Assembly (NCBI GenBank): GCA_965662235.1
Contig: CBFIGY010000013.1
Span: forward strand, 1 to 64,000
DNA from: an uncultured bacterium
Lineage (GTDB): Bacteria; SAR324; NAC60-12
Direction: 5' to 3'
Length of the DNA: 64,000 nt
The translations under genes were made by a program, and so were the position numbers. Shown here piece after piece: positions 39,245 through 48,984 of the stretch (positions are counted from its first letter, which is position 1; each line of letters opens with the position of its first letter). The notes below the pieces were generated by a model. The model made no database searches and was not told the DNA's origin. It worked only from the letters and a program-made list of their open reading frames with translations.

Positions 39245-39865
39245 TCAATCCCACAAATCGACATCCACAGGACGCTGCGGACGTTGCTGTTTCTCTCGTT
39301 CACGCTGAACCTCCCGGATGAAGCTCCGGTCGCGCTCAACGACTTCAGACACTTCCGTACGCTGGACCTTCCGGACGTACACGGAATAGTCCCGCGAGTC
39401 AAAGTAAATGACGCGGCCAAACACCCCCTCTAGGTCGGCCGCCACCACCGGAATGCGGTCCTCTTGAAGGAAGTTCACCACAAAGCGGGCGTTCCGGCCC
39501 CCAACGTCCAGCATGGGCGCCGCGTGTTGGTTGATCTGAAGCACCGCCGCGCCGCCAAAGACCTTGGCCTTGAGGTGCTTGCGCTGGGCGCCCAGTTTCA
39601 TCATCCGGTTGATGAGCAGTTCCATGGCGTTGATGCCGTATCGTCCAGCATCACTCTTGAGCATGAGGTCCTGACTGCTGTACGACTGCGTGCTCAGCAG
39701 AAAGTGGTTCATGCCCACAATGTGATTGACCGGATCGTACAAACAGGCCGAGACACACGACCCCAGCAAGGTGATGAGCACCACGTCTTTTTCAGACGCA
39801 TGATACTCACCCGGCTGTACGCGTATCTTCATGCGACTGTCGAACAGTTTCGGAGCTCTTGACAT
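39245..39865 (-). CDS. cheD: Chemoreceptor glutamine deamidase
   Basis: PGEY, TLLGSCVSAC, GMNHFLL, RYG..AMELLIN, AKVFGGA. Confidence 0.95.
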   Translation of the reverse strand: MSRAPKLFDSRMKIRVQPGEYHASEKDVVLITLLGSCVSACLYDPVNHIVGMNHFLLSTQSYSSQDLMLKSDAGRYGINAMELLINRMMKLGAQRKHLKAKVFGGAAVLQINQHAAPMLDVGGRNARFVVNFLQEDRIPVVAADLEGVFGRVIYFDSRDYSVYVRKVQRTEVSEVVERDRSFIREVQREREKQQRPQRPVDVDLWD

Positions 39866-39886
39866 GTAAAAAAACCTTTCCGTATT

Positions 39887-40966
39887 TTAAGATCCGGAGT
39901 GTGCTTTCCGGAGCACGGCGACGGGAATTGAATCCAGTGGCAGCACCTGATGGGCGCCTCCCAGTTCAATGGCTTCTCGGGGCATCCCAAAGACCACACA
40001 GCTTTCCTCATCCTGGGCAAAGTTGTAGGCTCCGGCCTCAGCCATTTCCTTCATGCCCTTGGCGCCGTCATCGCCCATGCCGGTCAGGATGACCCCGAGG
40101 GCATTCTTGCCCGCGTACCGGGCGGCAGAGCGAAAGAGGACATCCACCGAGGGACGGTGTCGGGAGACCAGGGGGCCCTCACGGACCTCCACAAAGTATC
40201 GGGCGCCGCTGCGTTTGATCAGCGTGTGGTGGTTGCCGGGGGCAATCAGGGCCTGCCCAGGCAGCACACTATCGTTGTTCTGAGCCTCCTTCACCGTGAT
40301 GCGGCAGAGGGAGTTCAGCCGTTCCGCAAAGGACCGGGTGAAGTGCTCTGGCATGTGCTGCACCACCACAATGCCCGGACACTGCACCGGCATCTGTTCC
40401 AGAAACACCCGCAGGGCCTCGGTGCCTCCGGTGGAGGCTCCCACCACAACCACCTTTTCTGTGGTCTGCACCATGGCGTGGCTGCTCGCTGCCGGCAGCA
40501 CAGCGTCTGCGGTCAGCTTCGGAGTCACCGTCATGGAGCCAGCTCCCGGAGGACGCCTCATGCGAGAAAGCTTTGCTGAAGCAGCCGCCCGGACCGCGTC
40601 TCCCATGAGGATGCGGGACTCTTCAAAGAAGTCTCGGACCCCAATCCGGGGCTTGAAGATCACCTCCACGGCACCATACTCCAGAGCCTTCAGCGCAGTC
40701 TCCGACCCCCTTTCCGCCAGGCTGGAGCAGATGATGACCGGAAGCGGGTGCTGGGTCATGATCTTCTTCAAGAACGTCAACCCATCCATGCGGGGCATCT
40801 CCACATCCAGAATGATCACATCCGGAACCTTGCTGCGCAGACGCTCGGCCGCCACAATGGGGTCCGGTGCCAGCACCGAGACCTTGATATCGGGGAGCGA
40901 ATCCAACACCTCCTTCAACCCTTGACGCACCAGGGCGGAGTCATCAACGATCATCACATCAATCAT
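39887..40966 (-). CDS. cheB: Chemotaxis methylesterase (REC + CheB)
   Basis: [31 protein letters not shown]. Confidence 0.97.
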   Translation of the reverse strand: MIDVMIVDDSALVRQGLKEVLDSLPDIKVSVLAPDPIVAAERLRSKVPDVIILDVEMPRMDGLTFLKKIMTQHPLPVIICSSLAERGSETALKALEYGAVEVIFKPRIGVRDFFEESRILMGDAVRAAASAKLSRMRRPPGAGSMTVTPKLTADAVLPAASSHAMVQTTEKVVVVGASTGGTEALRVFLEQMPVQCPGIVVVQHMPEHFTRSFAERLNSLCRITVKEAQNNDSVLPGQALIAPGNHHTLIKRSGARYFVEVREGPLVSRHRPSVDVLFRSAARYAGKNALGVILTGMGDDGAKGMKEMAEAGAYNFAQDEESCVVFGMPREAIELGGAHQVLPLDSIPVAVLRKAHSGS

Positions 40967-40982
40967 GACCTTCCTTCAACAC

Positions 40983-42449
40983 TCATAAGAGCCACACCCC
41001 TTTCGGGAGTTCCATCCGCAGCACCGTGCCGCGTCCAATGCGAGACGAGGCGCTCAGCTGCCCACCATGTTCTTCTACAATGCCATAGGCGACTGCCAGT
41101 CCCATTCCGGCACTCCGTCCAACCTTGGTGCTGAAAAATGGTTCAAACACCCGTGGCAGGTGTTCTGACTCAATGCCACAGCCGGTGTCCTCCACCTCCA
41201 GCACCACCTGTTCTTCGGTCTCAAAGCTCCGGAGCCTCAGCTTCCGGGTCTCCTGCGCCTGCATCGCCTCTAGGGCGTTGAGGAGCAGCTGAAACACGGC
41301 CAGCTCCAGGGCGGCTGAGTCACAGATCACCTCCGGCTCGGGGTCAACCCACTCCTGCTCAATGGCAATGGCGTCCTCCTCAAAGCGAGCCCGGAGCAGC
41401 TCCAGGGCATGCTTAACGATGCTCTGCAGCCCCACCCGCTCCCGCTCCGTCCGGGGGTTGCGTCGGGAGAAGGCCTCCATGCTTTCCAGCAAGAACCGGA
41501 TGTTCTCCAGTGCCGCCTGAACCGACTGCCCCTCGGATTCCTCAAGGCAGGGGGCTTCCTTCAACACGTTGTTCAGGACCTGCAGCGAGTCGTCCAGCAC
41601 CTCAGACAGCGACGACGAAAGGGTCCGCAAGGCGCTCATCAGCGACGAGAGCTGCTCCTGCTTCCGCTCCTGCAGCTGCTGACGCCTCAGATGGATGAGC
41701 CGGACCTCGTTCTTCAGACGGGCCTTCAGCTCTTCCCGGGAGAACGGTTTGGTGAGAAAATCCGAGGCGCCATTCCGCAGCGCCTCAATCATCGACTCCT
41801 GCTCATTGAGCGAGGTCAGGACCAGGATCGGCGCCTCCTGGTAGTGCTCATTTTCGCGGACCTGCTTGCAGAGTTCCAGGCCATCAACGTGCGGCATGAG
41901 GAGGTCCGTGAAGAGGATGTCCACCGGATGATGTCGCAGCAGCTGCAGGGCCTGCCGTCCGTCTTCGGCTGTCAGAACGCTGGCGCCATTGTGTTCCAGC
42001 AGCCGCTGCAGGAGGTTCCGCACCGATGGGGCATCATCCACGACCAGGCACCGGATGCTTTCCAGAAAGCGTTCCTGCTCCAGCAGCTCCCCGGCATAGG
42101 CCGCTAGGCTTCCTTCCAGAAAGGGCTTGAGGAACAGCTCCACCACTCCGGTTTCAAACGCCCGCTCTCGGATGGAATCCGACTCGGCAGAGGTGATGAG
42201 GATGACCGGGATGTGCGCGGTCTCCGGCTGCTGCCGAAGCTGCTGCACAAACGCCAGCCCGTCCATGCCTTCAATCTCCAGATCGGTGGTGATCAGGTCC
42301 GGCACCCATTCCAGTGCCAGCGCCAGCGCTTCATCGGCAGAAGCCGCCTCCTCGACGGTCACTGCCTCCAGCGTCTCCAACTCCATCCGGATGAACACCC
42401 GGGCCGATGCGCTGTCATCGAGCACCAAAATGCGTCGAGGGGCTGTCAT
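40983..42449 (-). CDS. REC-REC-histidine kinase-like protein lacking the phospho-His
   Basis: Two receivers; HisKA reads SSSLSEVLDDSL; HATPase LLNALEA, DTGCG, FFSTK, GMGL. Confidence 0.85.
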   Translation of the reverse strand: MTAPRRILVLDDSASARVFIRMELETLEAVTVEEAASADEALALALEWVPDLITTDLEIEGMDGLAFVQQLRQQPETAHIPVILITSAESDSIRERAFETGVVELFLKPFLEGSLAAYAGELLEQERFLESIRCLVVDDAPSVRNLLQRLLEHNGASVLTAEDGRQALQLLRHHPVDILFTDLLMPHVDGLELCKQVRENEHYQEAPILVLTSLNEQESMIEALRNGASDFLTKPFSREELKARLKNEVRLIHLRRQQLQERKQEQLSSLMSALRTLSSSLSEVLDDSLQVLNNVLKEAPCLEESEGQSVQAALENIRFLLESMEAFSRRNPRTERERVGLQSIVKHALELLRARFEEDAIAIEQEWVDPEPEVICDSAALELAVFQLLLNALEAMQAQETRKLRLRSFETEEQVVLEVEDTGCGIESEHLPRVFEPFFSTKVGRSAGMGLAVAYGIVEEHGGQLSASSRIGRGTVLRMELPKGVWLL

Positions 42450-43285
42450 AACCGCTTGTAGGTCGCAGGCGCCACAATCCGCAACGGCAGATCAAACTCA
42501 TGCAGGGTTTCCGAGTGCCCCACAAACAGGTACCCGCCACGCTTCAGGTGCGCACAGAGCCGCTGCAGCACCTGATACTGAGTTGGTTTGTCAAAGTAGA
42601 TCATCACGTTCCGGTAAAACGTCACATCTGTGGAGTAGGGCATCCGGTACTGCTCATCCATGAAGTTGAGCGCAAAGAACTCCGCCCGCGACCGCAGCTG
42701 CGGGACCACCCGGACCTTTGGCAGGTCGCGGTTCTTGCTCCTCAGGAAGTACCGCTTGAGCAGAGGCAGCGGAATCCCGGTGGTTCGGTTTTCTGAATAA
42801 ATGCCCTGGAGCGCCGTCTGTACGGACCCGCTGGAGACATCGGTGCCCAGAATGGAGTAGGGGTGCTTGGTCGGGACCGGGTGCTTGCGGAAGTACTCCT
42901 CCATTACCATTCCCAACGTGTACACCTCCTCTCCGGTGGAGCACCCGGCGCTCCAGATCCGCAGAGGGTACGTCCGTCCCGGAATGCGGACGAGTTCTGG
43001 AAGCACCACCTCGGCCAGGTACGTGAAGTGGTCGGGCTCCCGGAAGAAGTCCGTCTTGTGCGTGGTGACCAGGTCCACCATGAACGCCAGCTCTTCCACC
43101 GCTTCATCCTCAAAGAGGTGGTCGAGGTACTGTCCAAAGGAGGTCATGTGCAGCGCCCGGAGGCGTTTCTGGAGGCGGGTTTCCAGCATCACCCGCTTTG
43201 TCGCTGGCATCTTGACCCCCAGGTTCTCTTCAATCCAGGCGCCCAGGACCTTAAAATCAGCGGTTTGTAAGTGAATAAAACTCAT
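42446..43285 (-). CDS. cheR: Chemotaxis methyltransferase
   Basis: TTHKTDFFRE, IWSAGCSTGEE, GTD, RNVMIYF, GHSE. Confidence 0.96.
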   Translation of the reverse strand: MSFIHLQTADFKVLGAWIEENLGVKMPATKRVMLETRLQKRLRALHMTSFGQYLDHLFEDEAVEELAFMVDLVTTHKTDFFREPDHFTYLAEVVLPELVRIPGRTYPLRIWSAGCSTGEEVYTLGMVMEEYFRKHPVPTKHPYSILGTDVSSGSVQTALQGIYSENRTTGIPLPLLKRYFLRSKNRDLPKVRVVPQLRSRAEFFALNFMDEQYRMPYSTDVTFYRNVMIYFDKPTQYQVLQRLCAHLKRGGYLFVGHSETLHEFDLPLRIVAPATYKRL

Positions 43286-43309
43286 GATGCGTCCAACAAA
43301 AAAACCGTG

Positions 43310-45850
43310 TCAGAGGGACTCCTGAGACGGCTGAGAAGGCTCAAACGAGCTCGGTAAGTCATCCACCCACGCCTGCAACGCCTCCTGACTGGCCTGTGGG
43401 AGCTCAAGAAATCGGTTGACGTTACGGTCCTTGAGCATGTCCAAGGGGACGGTAAACTCGGTGATCAGACGATCATCGGTGTTGCGTTCCAGGGGGTTCA
43501 GCGTCTTGAGGTACCGGACCACTTCATGGTCCCCCATCAGGAACAGCTGAGGTAAGAACGTTTCAGGCTTCAGGCCAAAACGCTTCAAGGTGGCCGCCAC
43601 CTGCGGACGGGAGGCACGACGGACCACATCGGCGTACTTGAGTCGGAAGTCGGGAGACTTGGAAGCAATCATCAGCAGGTCTCCCGGAACCGTCGAGCGC
43701 CACAGGGACACCTGGGGAAACACGGAACGGAGCGTGTAGATGAGGATCTTCAGGTTCCGGGGAGACATGTGGTAGGCCGGAAGCCACTGGGCCAGCATGC
43801 CGTTGGCCGACAGGCTCTGCTCCACCTGCTCGTACCATTCCAGCGAAAGCAGACTCGACTCTCCCTTGATCCAGGGATTCGAGGGCTGTGAGATGATCAG
43901 GTCAAACGGTTCCTTCTCACTGATGAGGAAGCTCCGGGCATCCCGAGCCACCACCGTGGAGCGGGCGTCATGAAGAACACCGTGGTTGTAGCGCTCAAAG
44001 AAGGAGGCTGCCCGGACCACAGCAGGCGAGATTTCCGCGGTGATCAGGGTTTCTGGATCGTGCAGCAACGCTGTGCCACTGGTGATGCCACTGCCCAGGC
44101 CCACCACAAACACGCGCTCCGGATTGGGGTGCAGGATCATCGGAAGCGAAGCCAACAGGGTCTGGGTGGGCATGTCGCCACTTCCCCCGGCACTCGCATC
44201 CACCTTGCCGTTGATCATCAGGCTCCGTTTGCCCTCGGCACTGTCCATGACCGCCACGGTTGCCACTGGGCCCATCTCGTAGTAGACCATCTCAAACTTC
44301 CGCATCGCGGCTTCCCACACCAGCGACTGCTTCGCCTGCGACACATCCTCTCGCTCCAGGGCCATCAGGTTGTAGTTCCGGGAGGAGTCGTAGTACTGGT
44401 TGGCATAGAGGTAAACACCACTGCTCATCAACCGAGGCGACCACGGCTGATTCAGCAACAGGCTCAACGCCGCCACAAAGGTCGTGGGAATCGCCCACCG
44501 GAGCCGAAGCCCCGGGGTCCACTCCGGGTGACTCATGAGGATCGCTAGGCCGATGGCAAAGCTGATCACCGCTCCCAGCGTGACGGTGCCCTGCATGCCC
44601 ATGCCGGGAACCAGGACCACTCCGGCGAGCGCGGCTCCGATCATGGCGCCCATTGTGTTGACGCCGAACACACGGCCCACGGCCTTGCTCGGAGAACGCG
44701 TGTTGGCCCCCAGTGCCGCACAGACCGTGGGGAACATCATTCCCATGGCAATCGTGGGGACCAGCATCACCAGTGCGGCCAAAAGGAAACGCAGCACCTG
44801 CACGCCTCCCCAGGTGTCCAACAGCTCGCGGTGCAGCGACAGGTACAGGAACGGCAACCGCTCCATGAGGATGTTTGCAACGAGCACCGATACGGCCAGC
44901 ACCAGCTGCAGGAGCACATAGAGGGTCCGGGGCGAAAGACGTTGGTCCAGGTGCCGGTAGGCGTAGCTCCCAATGGCAATGCCCAGGAGAAACGTTGCCA
45001 AAATGGTGGTGAAGGCATACGACGTGGTTCCCAACAGCATGCTCAGGGTCCGGTTCCAGGCAACCTGGTACCCGAGCGCAACCGCGCCAGAGAGGCCGTA
45101 GCTCCAGAAGATGAGCCGAGCATTGAAGGAAAGACGGGGCAGCGGCTCCTCATGCAGCGGCAGGGTCGAATCGGCTCCCCCCTTGCGCTGGTGCAGCATC
45201 CAGAATCCCACCCCAATCAGGAGGTTGAGGGAGGCGGCAATCCAGGTGGTCCCAGAGTGTCCCAAAAACCGGAGCAGCAGGTACCCGGTCACCAGGGTTC
45301 CGGTGAGGGCCCCAAAGGTGTTGGCAGAGTACAGCCGCGCCGTGTTGACCGCCAGCAGACGCTCAGTCCGGGTCAGGTACCGGCTCATCAGCGGCAGCGT
45401 TCCTCCCATCAAGAACGTCGGTGGCGCCAGCAGCAGCACCCCAAAGAAGAAAGGCACCAGGGTCCGGGACTCGGCCAGGAGCGGAAACTGCTGATACAGC
45501 ATCGCATGCAGCGCCTGGGCGCCCTCCACCAGAAAGGGGAAGAGGAGGGCGTAACCGCCAATCCCCCCTTCGAGGAAGGCATACGTTCGAGCCAGCTGAG
45601 TTTCCCCCCAGAGGTCCCCCTGCTTCCCAAACCACCAGCCCCCCCAAGCCAGCCCCCCCATGAAGCCCGTCAGGATCACCGTCACTGCGGTTGTGGACGA
45701 CCCTAAAAAGTTGGTCAGGGTCCGGATCCAGATCACCTCATACGCGAGGCTGGCGGCCCCGGAACCAAAGAAGAACAGCGTCAGCCACTGCTCAAGCTTC
45801 AGGCCCAAGAGGGTCGCATTGAGGGGGGTGCGGGCGGGGGAGGGTGTCAT
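43310..45850 (-). CDS. Fused multi-TM / spermidine synthase-like SAM-dependent protein
   Basis: About 13 TMs (SGAASLAYEVIW, YSANTFG), then INGKVDAS, VVGLGSGIT, AEISP, DAR, DLIISQPSNPW. Confidence 0.88.
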   Translation of the reverse strand: MTPSPARTPLNATLLGLKLEQWLTLFFFGSGAASLAYEVIWIRTLTNFLGSSTTAVTVILTGFMGGLAWGGWWFGKQGDLWGETQLARTYAFLEGGIGGYALLFPFLVEGAQALHAMLYQQFPLLAESRTLVPFFFGVLLLAPPTFLMGGTLPLMSRYLTRTERLLAVNTARLYSANTFGALTGTLVTGYLLLRFLGHSGTTWIAASLNLLIGVGFWMLHQRKGGADSTLPLHEEPLPRLSFNARLIFWSYGLSGAVALGYQVAWNRTLSMLLGTTSYAFTTILATFLLGIAIGSYAYRHLDQRLSPRTLYVLLQLVLAVSVLVANILMERLPFLYLSLHRELLDTWGGVQVLRFLLAALVMLVPTIAMGMMFPTVCAALGANTRSPSKAVGRVFGVNTMGAMIGAALAGVVLVPGMGMQGTVTLGAVISFAIGLAILMSHPEWTPGLRLRWAIPTTFVAALSLLLNQPWSPRLMSSGVYLYANQYYDSSRNYNLMALEREDVSQAKQSLVWEAAMRKFEMVYYEMGPVATVAVMDSAEGKRSLMINGKVDASAGGSGDMPTQTLLASLPMILHPNPERVFVVGLGSGITSGTALLHDPETLITAEISPAVVRAASFFERYNHGVLHDARSTVVARDARSFLISEKEPFDLIISQPSNPWIKGESSLLSLEWYEQVEQSLSANGMLAQWLPAYHMSPRNLKILIYTLRSVFPQVSLWRSTVPGDLLMIASKSPDFRLKYADVVRRASRPQVAATLKRFGLKPETFLPQLFLMGDHEVVRYLKTLNPLERNTDDRLITEFTVPLDMLKDRNVNRFLELPQASQEALQAWVDDLPSSFEPSQPSQESL

Positions 45851-45883
45851 GAGAATGCTGTTTCGTCCGTTTCAGGGAAGGGG

Positions 45884-45916
45884 GAAAAGGAAAGAGGAGG
45901 GAAGCTCCCTCCCCCA
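45884..45916 (-). terminator. Probable intrinsic terminator after cheW
   Basis: Minus strand GGGGGAGGGAGCTTCCCCTCCTC followed by TTTCCTTTT. Confidence 0.5.
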
Positions 45917-45937
45917 GTCAAGGTGCTAGAGGAAGCC

Positions 45938-46447
45938 CTACTGATCTTCAGGCAGGGCGACTTCGCTGAGGTTCTGAGCCAGGCTCAGTTCATCCAGGGT
46001 GAAGATCTTTTCCAGATCCAGGATGGTGATGAAGCGCTCATCGCGCTTTCCCATCCCCCGGATGAAGTCGATGTGCAGCCGCGTTCCCAGCCGTGGAGGC
46101 GGGGTGATGTCCTCGGTGTCGAGGTCGATCACTTCCTGAACCGAGTCGGCCAGGGCTCCCAGCATGGTGCTTTCGCCGTCAATGGTGACTTCAATGACAA
46201 TGACGCTGGTGTTGACCGTTTTTTCCACACGGCCGATGCCAAACTTCAGGCGCATGTCCACCACCGGCACCACGCTGCCCCGGAGGTTGATGATGCCCCG
46301 CATGAAGTCCGGCGTTTTCGGCACCTTGGTCACACTGTCAAACTGCAGAACCTCCCGGACGTTGCTGATGGAAAACGCATAGATTTCCTGGTCCAGCACA
46401 AAGGTCAGGTACTGATTGGAGATCGTCGACTGATCTTCTTCGCTCAT
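45938..46447 (-). CDS. cheW: Chemotaxis adaptor
   Basis: QYLTF, VREV, VPKTP..GIINLRG.VVPV.D, DSVQEV. Confidence 0.96.
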   Translation of the reverse strand: MSEEDQSTISNQYLTFVLDQEIYAFSISNVREVLQFDSVTKVPKTPDFMRGIINLRGSVVPVVDMRLKFGIGRVEKTVNTSVIVIEVTIDGESTMLGALADSVQEVIDLDTEDITPPPRLGTRLHIDFIRGMGKRDERFITILDLEKIFTLDELSLAQNLSEVALPEDQ

Positions 46448-46487
46448 ATCACTCCTTAATGTTCGTCAAACCGCAGAAACCGGGTGA

Positions 46488-46513
46488 CCTCCCCCTCCGT
46501 AGAGGGGGAGGGG
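46488..46513. other. Intercistronic hairpin between MCP and cheW
   Basis: CCTCCCCCTC-CGTA-GAGGGGGAGG. Confidence 0.45.
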
Positions 46514-46517
46514 CGAC

Positions 46518-48650
46518 TCAGAACCGCTCGAAGTCCTCATCTGCAGAGTCGGCTCCGCCCATGTCGAGGTCCACTCCACCACTCTTCTGCGATCCGCTCT
46601 TCTTTGGAGGAGCAATCTGCTTCGGTTTGTCTCCACCCGACTTGGCGCCACCGCCCTGGCTCTTTGAGGACGGGTGATGCGGAAGGTGCGCAATCTTGGT
46701 GTGCGCTCCCTGTCGGTGGAGGCTATGCCGGGAGCTCTCCAACTTGAAGAACAGCATGGCCTGCTGCAGCTGCTCGGCCTGAGAGCTCATTTCCTCTGTA
46801 GTGGAGGCGAGTTCCTCAGAGGCCGCCGCGTTTTGCTGCACCACCTGGTCCAGCTGCTGGATGGCGGCATTGATCTGCTGGGATCCGGAGTTCTGCTCCC
46901 GGGACGCAGCACTGATTTCCTGGACCAGCTCGGCCGTCCGTTGGATATCAGGTACCAGTTGCTCCAGCATCTTTCCTGCCGTCTGTGCCACCTCAACGCT
47001 GCTGCTGGCCAGGGTGTTGATCTCAGCAGCAGCCGTTTGGCTCCGTTCCGCGAGCTTCCGGACCTCAGAGGCCACCACGGCAAAGCCCTTGCCATGCTCA
47101 CCAGCCCGGGCAGCTTCAATGGCCGCGTTGAGGGCCAGCAGGTTGGTCTGCCGGGCGATCTCTTCAATGATGGAGATCTTGTCAGCAATCTGGTTCATCG
47201 CTGTCACCGTGTTGACCACAGCGTCTCCTCCCTCACGGGCGTCATCCGCCGCCTTGCGGGCAATCTTCTCCGTCTGCACCGCGTTGTCGGTGTTCTGCTG
47301 AATGTTGGACCCCATTTCCTCCATGGAGGAGGAAACTTCCTCGACCGATGAAGCCTGTTCCGAAGCTCCCTGCGAGAGCTCCTGTGCCGTGGAGCTGACC
47401 TCCTGGGCTCCTGAAGCAACGTTGTCCGAGGCGTTCCGGACCGTCTCCACAATCTCACGGAGCCGCTCCGTCATCTGCTCAATGGACGCCAGGATGCCGG
47501 AGTTCCGTTTCCCTGCACGGCCCTGGTTGAAGTCCACATCCAGGTCTCCGCCAGCCACCTTGTCCACCATGATCCCAATCTCAGCAGGTTCTCCTCCCAC
47601 CTGTCGGACAATGGACAGAACCACCCAGAGGGCAATCCCCAGCCCCAGGATCAGGCTCACGACAATGAGGATGAGCAGGTTGTTCCGGGTGTCTTCATAG
47701 AGGGCGTCACTGGAAAGCTTGATGGTCTCCAAGTCATCTTCGTTCTTCTGAACAATGTTGGCCATGATGGCAATCGACTTGTCGTTCAGCTCCCGGCCTT
47801 GGCCAACTGAGAGGTTGAAGGCCTTGGTGTTTCCGTTCTCCCGGGTGATGGACTGCACCTCCTGATTATGACTGAGGTAGTCCTGATAAAGGGGGCGGAA
47901 TTCCCGGATGAGGGCCCGTCCCTGATTGGAGGAAACCTGCTCCAGCTCGTTGAGCCGCGACTCCAGTTCCTTCCGGATTTGCTCGGTCGCTTGGGCGTAC
48001 TGATCCATGTCCTTGTCGGTGGTGGAGAGAATGACGTTCTTCTCCGCCCGTTGCAGCTCGACTAGGTTCTGGTTGATGCGAGCCCCCAGCTTGATGCGGT
48101 TGACGATCACCCGGAGGGTCTCCAGGTCCAGGGCTTCATCGGCCTGCCGGTCATTGAGGTCCACCACCTGCGTCATCACCGCTGCCGCCTTGTCAAAGGC
48201 AGCGCGGGAGTCATTTTTGGAAAGCTCCTGTGCCCGGACGTTCGAGTTCAGACGTGAGAAGCTTCGGACCTCCTGATGGACCTTCATGTAGTCGTTGAAG
48301 GCGGTACCAAAGGAGTCCAGCTCTCGCTTTCCGGCTTCATCGGCCAGTTCCCGGAGTTCTCCGCGCCGCGAGTCCATATCCGCTCGGATGCCATCAATTT
48401 CCTTGGCATAGACATCCATGTCCTCCTGGGTCTTGGCCAGGATCATGTTCTTCTCCGCCCGGGAGATGGCCACAATGCCCTGGTTGATCCGGGCCGCCAG
48501 TTTGATCTTGACGGCTGTGTTATCAGCCACAAAGTTCAGCTGATCATTGACCCCGCCGAGCCCATTGATTCCCATCCAGGAGCTGATCGCCATCAGGACC
48601 AGGATGATGATGAATCCACCGAAGAGCTGCGTCTTCATGTTGATTCGCAT
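46518..48650 (-). CDS. Methyl-accepting chemotaxis protein with a duplicated four-helix-bundle sensor
   Basis: Two TMs, [39 protein letters not shown]-terminal EDFERF. Confidence 0.96.
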   Translation of the reverse strand: MRINMKTQLFGGFIIILVLMAISSWMGINGLGGVNDQLNFVADNTAVKIKLAARINQGIVAISRAEKNMILAKTQEDMDVYAKEIDGIRADMDSRRGELRELADEAGKRELDSFGTAFNDYMKVHQEVRSFSRLNSNVRAQELSKNDSRAAFDKAAAVMTQVVDLNDRQADEALDLETLRVIVNRIKLGARINQNLVELQRAEKNVILSTTDKDMDQYAQATEQIRKELESRLNELEQVSSNQGRALIREFRPLYQDYLSHNQEVQSITRENGNTKAFNLSVGQGRELNDKSIAIMANIVQKNEDDLETIKLSSDALYEDTRNNLLILIVVSLILGLGIALWVVLSIVRQVGGEPAEIGIMVDKVAGGDLDVDFNQGRAGKRNSGILASIEQMTERLREIVETVRNASDNVASGAQEVSSTAQELSQGASEQASSVEEVSSSMEEMGSNIQQNTDNAVQTEKIARKAADDAREGGDAVVNTVTAMNQIADKISIIEEIARQTNLLALNAAIEAARAGEHGKGFAVVASEVRKLAERSQTAAAEINTLASSSVEVAQTAGKMLEQLVPDIQRTAELVQEISAASREQNSGSQQINAAIQQLDQVVQQNAAASEELASTTEEMSSQAEQLQQAMLFFKLESSRHSLHRQGAHTKIAHLPHHPSSKSQGGGAKSGGDKPKQIAPPKKSGSQKSGGVDLDMGGADSADEDFERF

Positions 48651-48693
48651 AAGTACCTCATCAGATGAAGTGTTGGAAAAGCATGGATGGGAA

Positions 48694-48984
48694 CTAGCCT
48701 CTCACCCAATTCAAGTAACCAAAGCCCCCCTCCTCAAGTGCCTCACCCAAGGCACCAGGCAGGGGTCGCTCCAGTTGCAGGTCAATGCCCTTGCTGCGGG
48801 CGAGCAAGTAAGCGGCATGGATCAGCTGCACGCCCGCAACATCGGCCCGCTCCATGGAACCCCATGCGATCCGGATCTCCTCCGGATTCTGCTGAAAGGC
48901 ATTCAGGAGTGTTTGTTGATGACGTGCCACTGTGTGGATGGTCAGGTCCCCCTGCAGCGAGACCGTCTGCGGATTGGAACTCAT
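48694..48984 (-). CDS. STAS domain protein (chemosensory-associated)
   Basis: [17 protein letters not shown]; overlaps the cheA stop. Confidence 0.8.
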   Translation of the reverse strand: MSSNPQTVSLQGDLTIHTVARHQQTLLNAFQQNPEEIRIAWGSMERADVAGVQLIHAAYLLARSKGIDLQLERPLPGALGEALEEGGFGYLNWVRG

